A stretch of DNA of 64,000 nt from Octopus sinensis (Eukaryota): positions 71,176,001-71,240,000 of the forward strand of contig NC_042997.1 in assembly GCF_006345805.1 (NCBI RefSeq). Reading direction: 5' to 3'. The first letter of the stretch is position 1; each line of letters begins with the position of its first letter. Made by a program: the position numbers and the translations under genes. Shown piece by piece: positions 62,655 through 64,000 of this stretch. The notes below the pieces were generated by a model that was not told the DNA's origin, did not search any database, and saw nothing but the letters and a program-made list of their open reading frames with translations.

Positions 62655-64000
62655 AGAATTAGATAGATGTGATATAAAAATTCATATGATTTTGCAAGCT
62701 TGTGATTGATGCAGTTGTCTTGATTTAGAATATACAAAAGTATGTCTACAAAGAAATGGAAAATTTTCTTGCAGAAAACTTCCTTTAATCAGCCCCAGAT
62801 GGACAAAAGAGAAATTTGATCACAGCTAGATTTGAAATCAGAACTTACGAAAATTTAACAGATTACCGGAAAACAAATCTGTCCGTTTTTGTACTTTATG
62901 TTGATCGACCGCGCTTATTAATCTATGAATATATATAACAAATAAACCGCATTAACATATTGATTTAGCCAAAATTTTCTAAACTGTAAACTGTTTGAAA
63001 TGGGTGGTGTTGTTGAATCCGCTCTACGTTTGATTCTGACAAATAGTTAACCTTTTCTCAGAAATGTCAAACACTTTGCTAAGATACATTTATTTAATGA
63101 CAAATTACCATTTGTAATATCCAACATTCTTCTGTGTCAATCTTCTTGATCTTTTTCATGATTGACTATTCAAGAGTCATGCACTATAATCAAGCGATTC
63201 ACCCTTTAGATTATGACTAAGCCAATACCAAGCTAAAGTGGCTTTAGTAGTCGATGAGTTGGGAGCGCTAAAGACTGGGGTATTGACATTAAATAATGTT
63301 TTCCAGCGTCTCAACATTTTGATGAGATGCAGTCCTCTGTCAAGTGAGGACTAGGTTTTGGCACCTGGTATCTGGAATATTGATAGATGTTTGCAGGTAA
63401 TGTCAACGGAACTATATGAAACCCTTCACTCAATAAATCATTGTACAGTAGACAAGAGCGACGGTGTACAGGTGCGTACACATTTGTAAAGAATAATTGA
63501 AAAGTTTATTTCGGAATACATTCAGCCCTAGGGCTACGGACAACATTCAGACATTTCTGACCTGGATGTTCAGATATCATGTCTACAGAATTTCTCTCCG
63601 AATTGTGTGCAGAGTGACCAAACTGTTGTGTGCACTCTCATTCAATATCCAAGAATTGGCAACTGTGTAGTTTTGTTGAACAGTTCTTTTCGCATAAAAG
63701 TTTGATCAAACTGCAAAATGGTTTTAAAGCCACTCTGCAGCTGGACAGAGTACTTCATGCCTACCCAGTAACTATGGTGTGCACATTAAAAAGATTAAAG
63801 ACAAAATCTTATTCCGCTAAGCACTCATCAACTTCTTCAACTTTAACTTAGAAAGGAAAGTGAGGTTCAAGAAGGAAATGCTGACATCCAGATTTCCCCT
63901 TTCCAGTGAAATTGTTGGAAAGTGGGTGAAAGTAGCAAGCATAGCAAGAGTGAATGGGCCTACTTTCATCATGCATCAGAGAATCCAGCTGGAAAACAGC

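Overview
Eukaryotic, very repeat-rich and essentially intergenic or intronic DNA. The (TA)n/(TATG)n/(TATC)n/(TAA)n microsatellites and tRNA-derived SINEs resemble an octopus (cephalopod) genome; this is inferred from repeat content only. No intact host gene could be supported. The window holds decayed TEs: six R4/Dong-type RLE non-LTR copies at (TAA)n tracts, a Penelope-like element, CR1 and RTE 3' ends, Tc1/mariner fragments, many SINEs, and a 7.8-kb hAT-type element with TIRs and an exact 8-bp TSD. The main result is two non-coding repeat families (units of about 489 nt and 581 nt), each unit carrying a complete type I hammerhead ribozyme with an unusually long (about 50-55 nt) insertion in stem II. 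They occur as head-to-head tandem/inverted arrays whose outer ends abut (TA)n microsatellites, consistent with a retrozyme-like, circRNA-producing system mobilised by Penelope-like elements. A separate minimal hammerhead lies at 55.4 kb, and decayed hammerhead-like motifs lie in the Penelope terminal repeats. All structures were derived by manual inspection. Boundaries of decayed elements are approximate.
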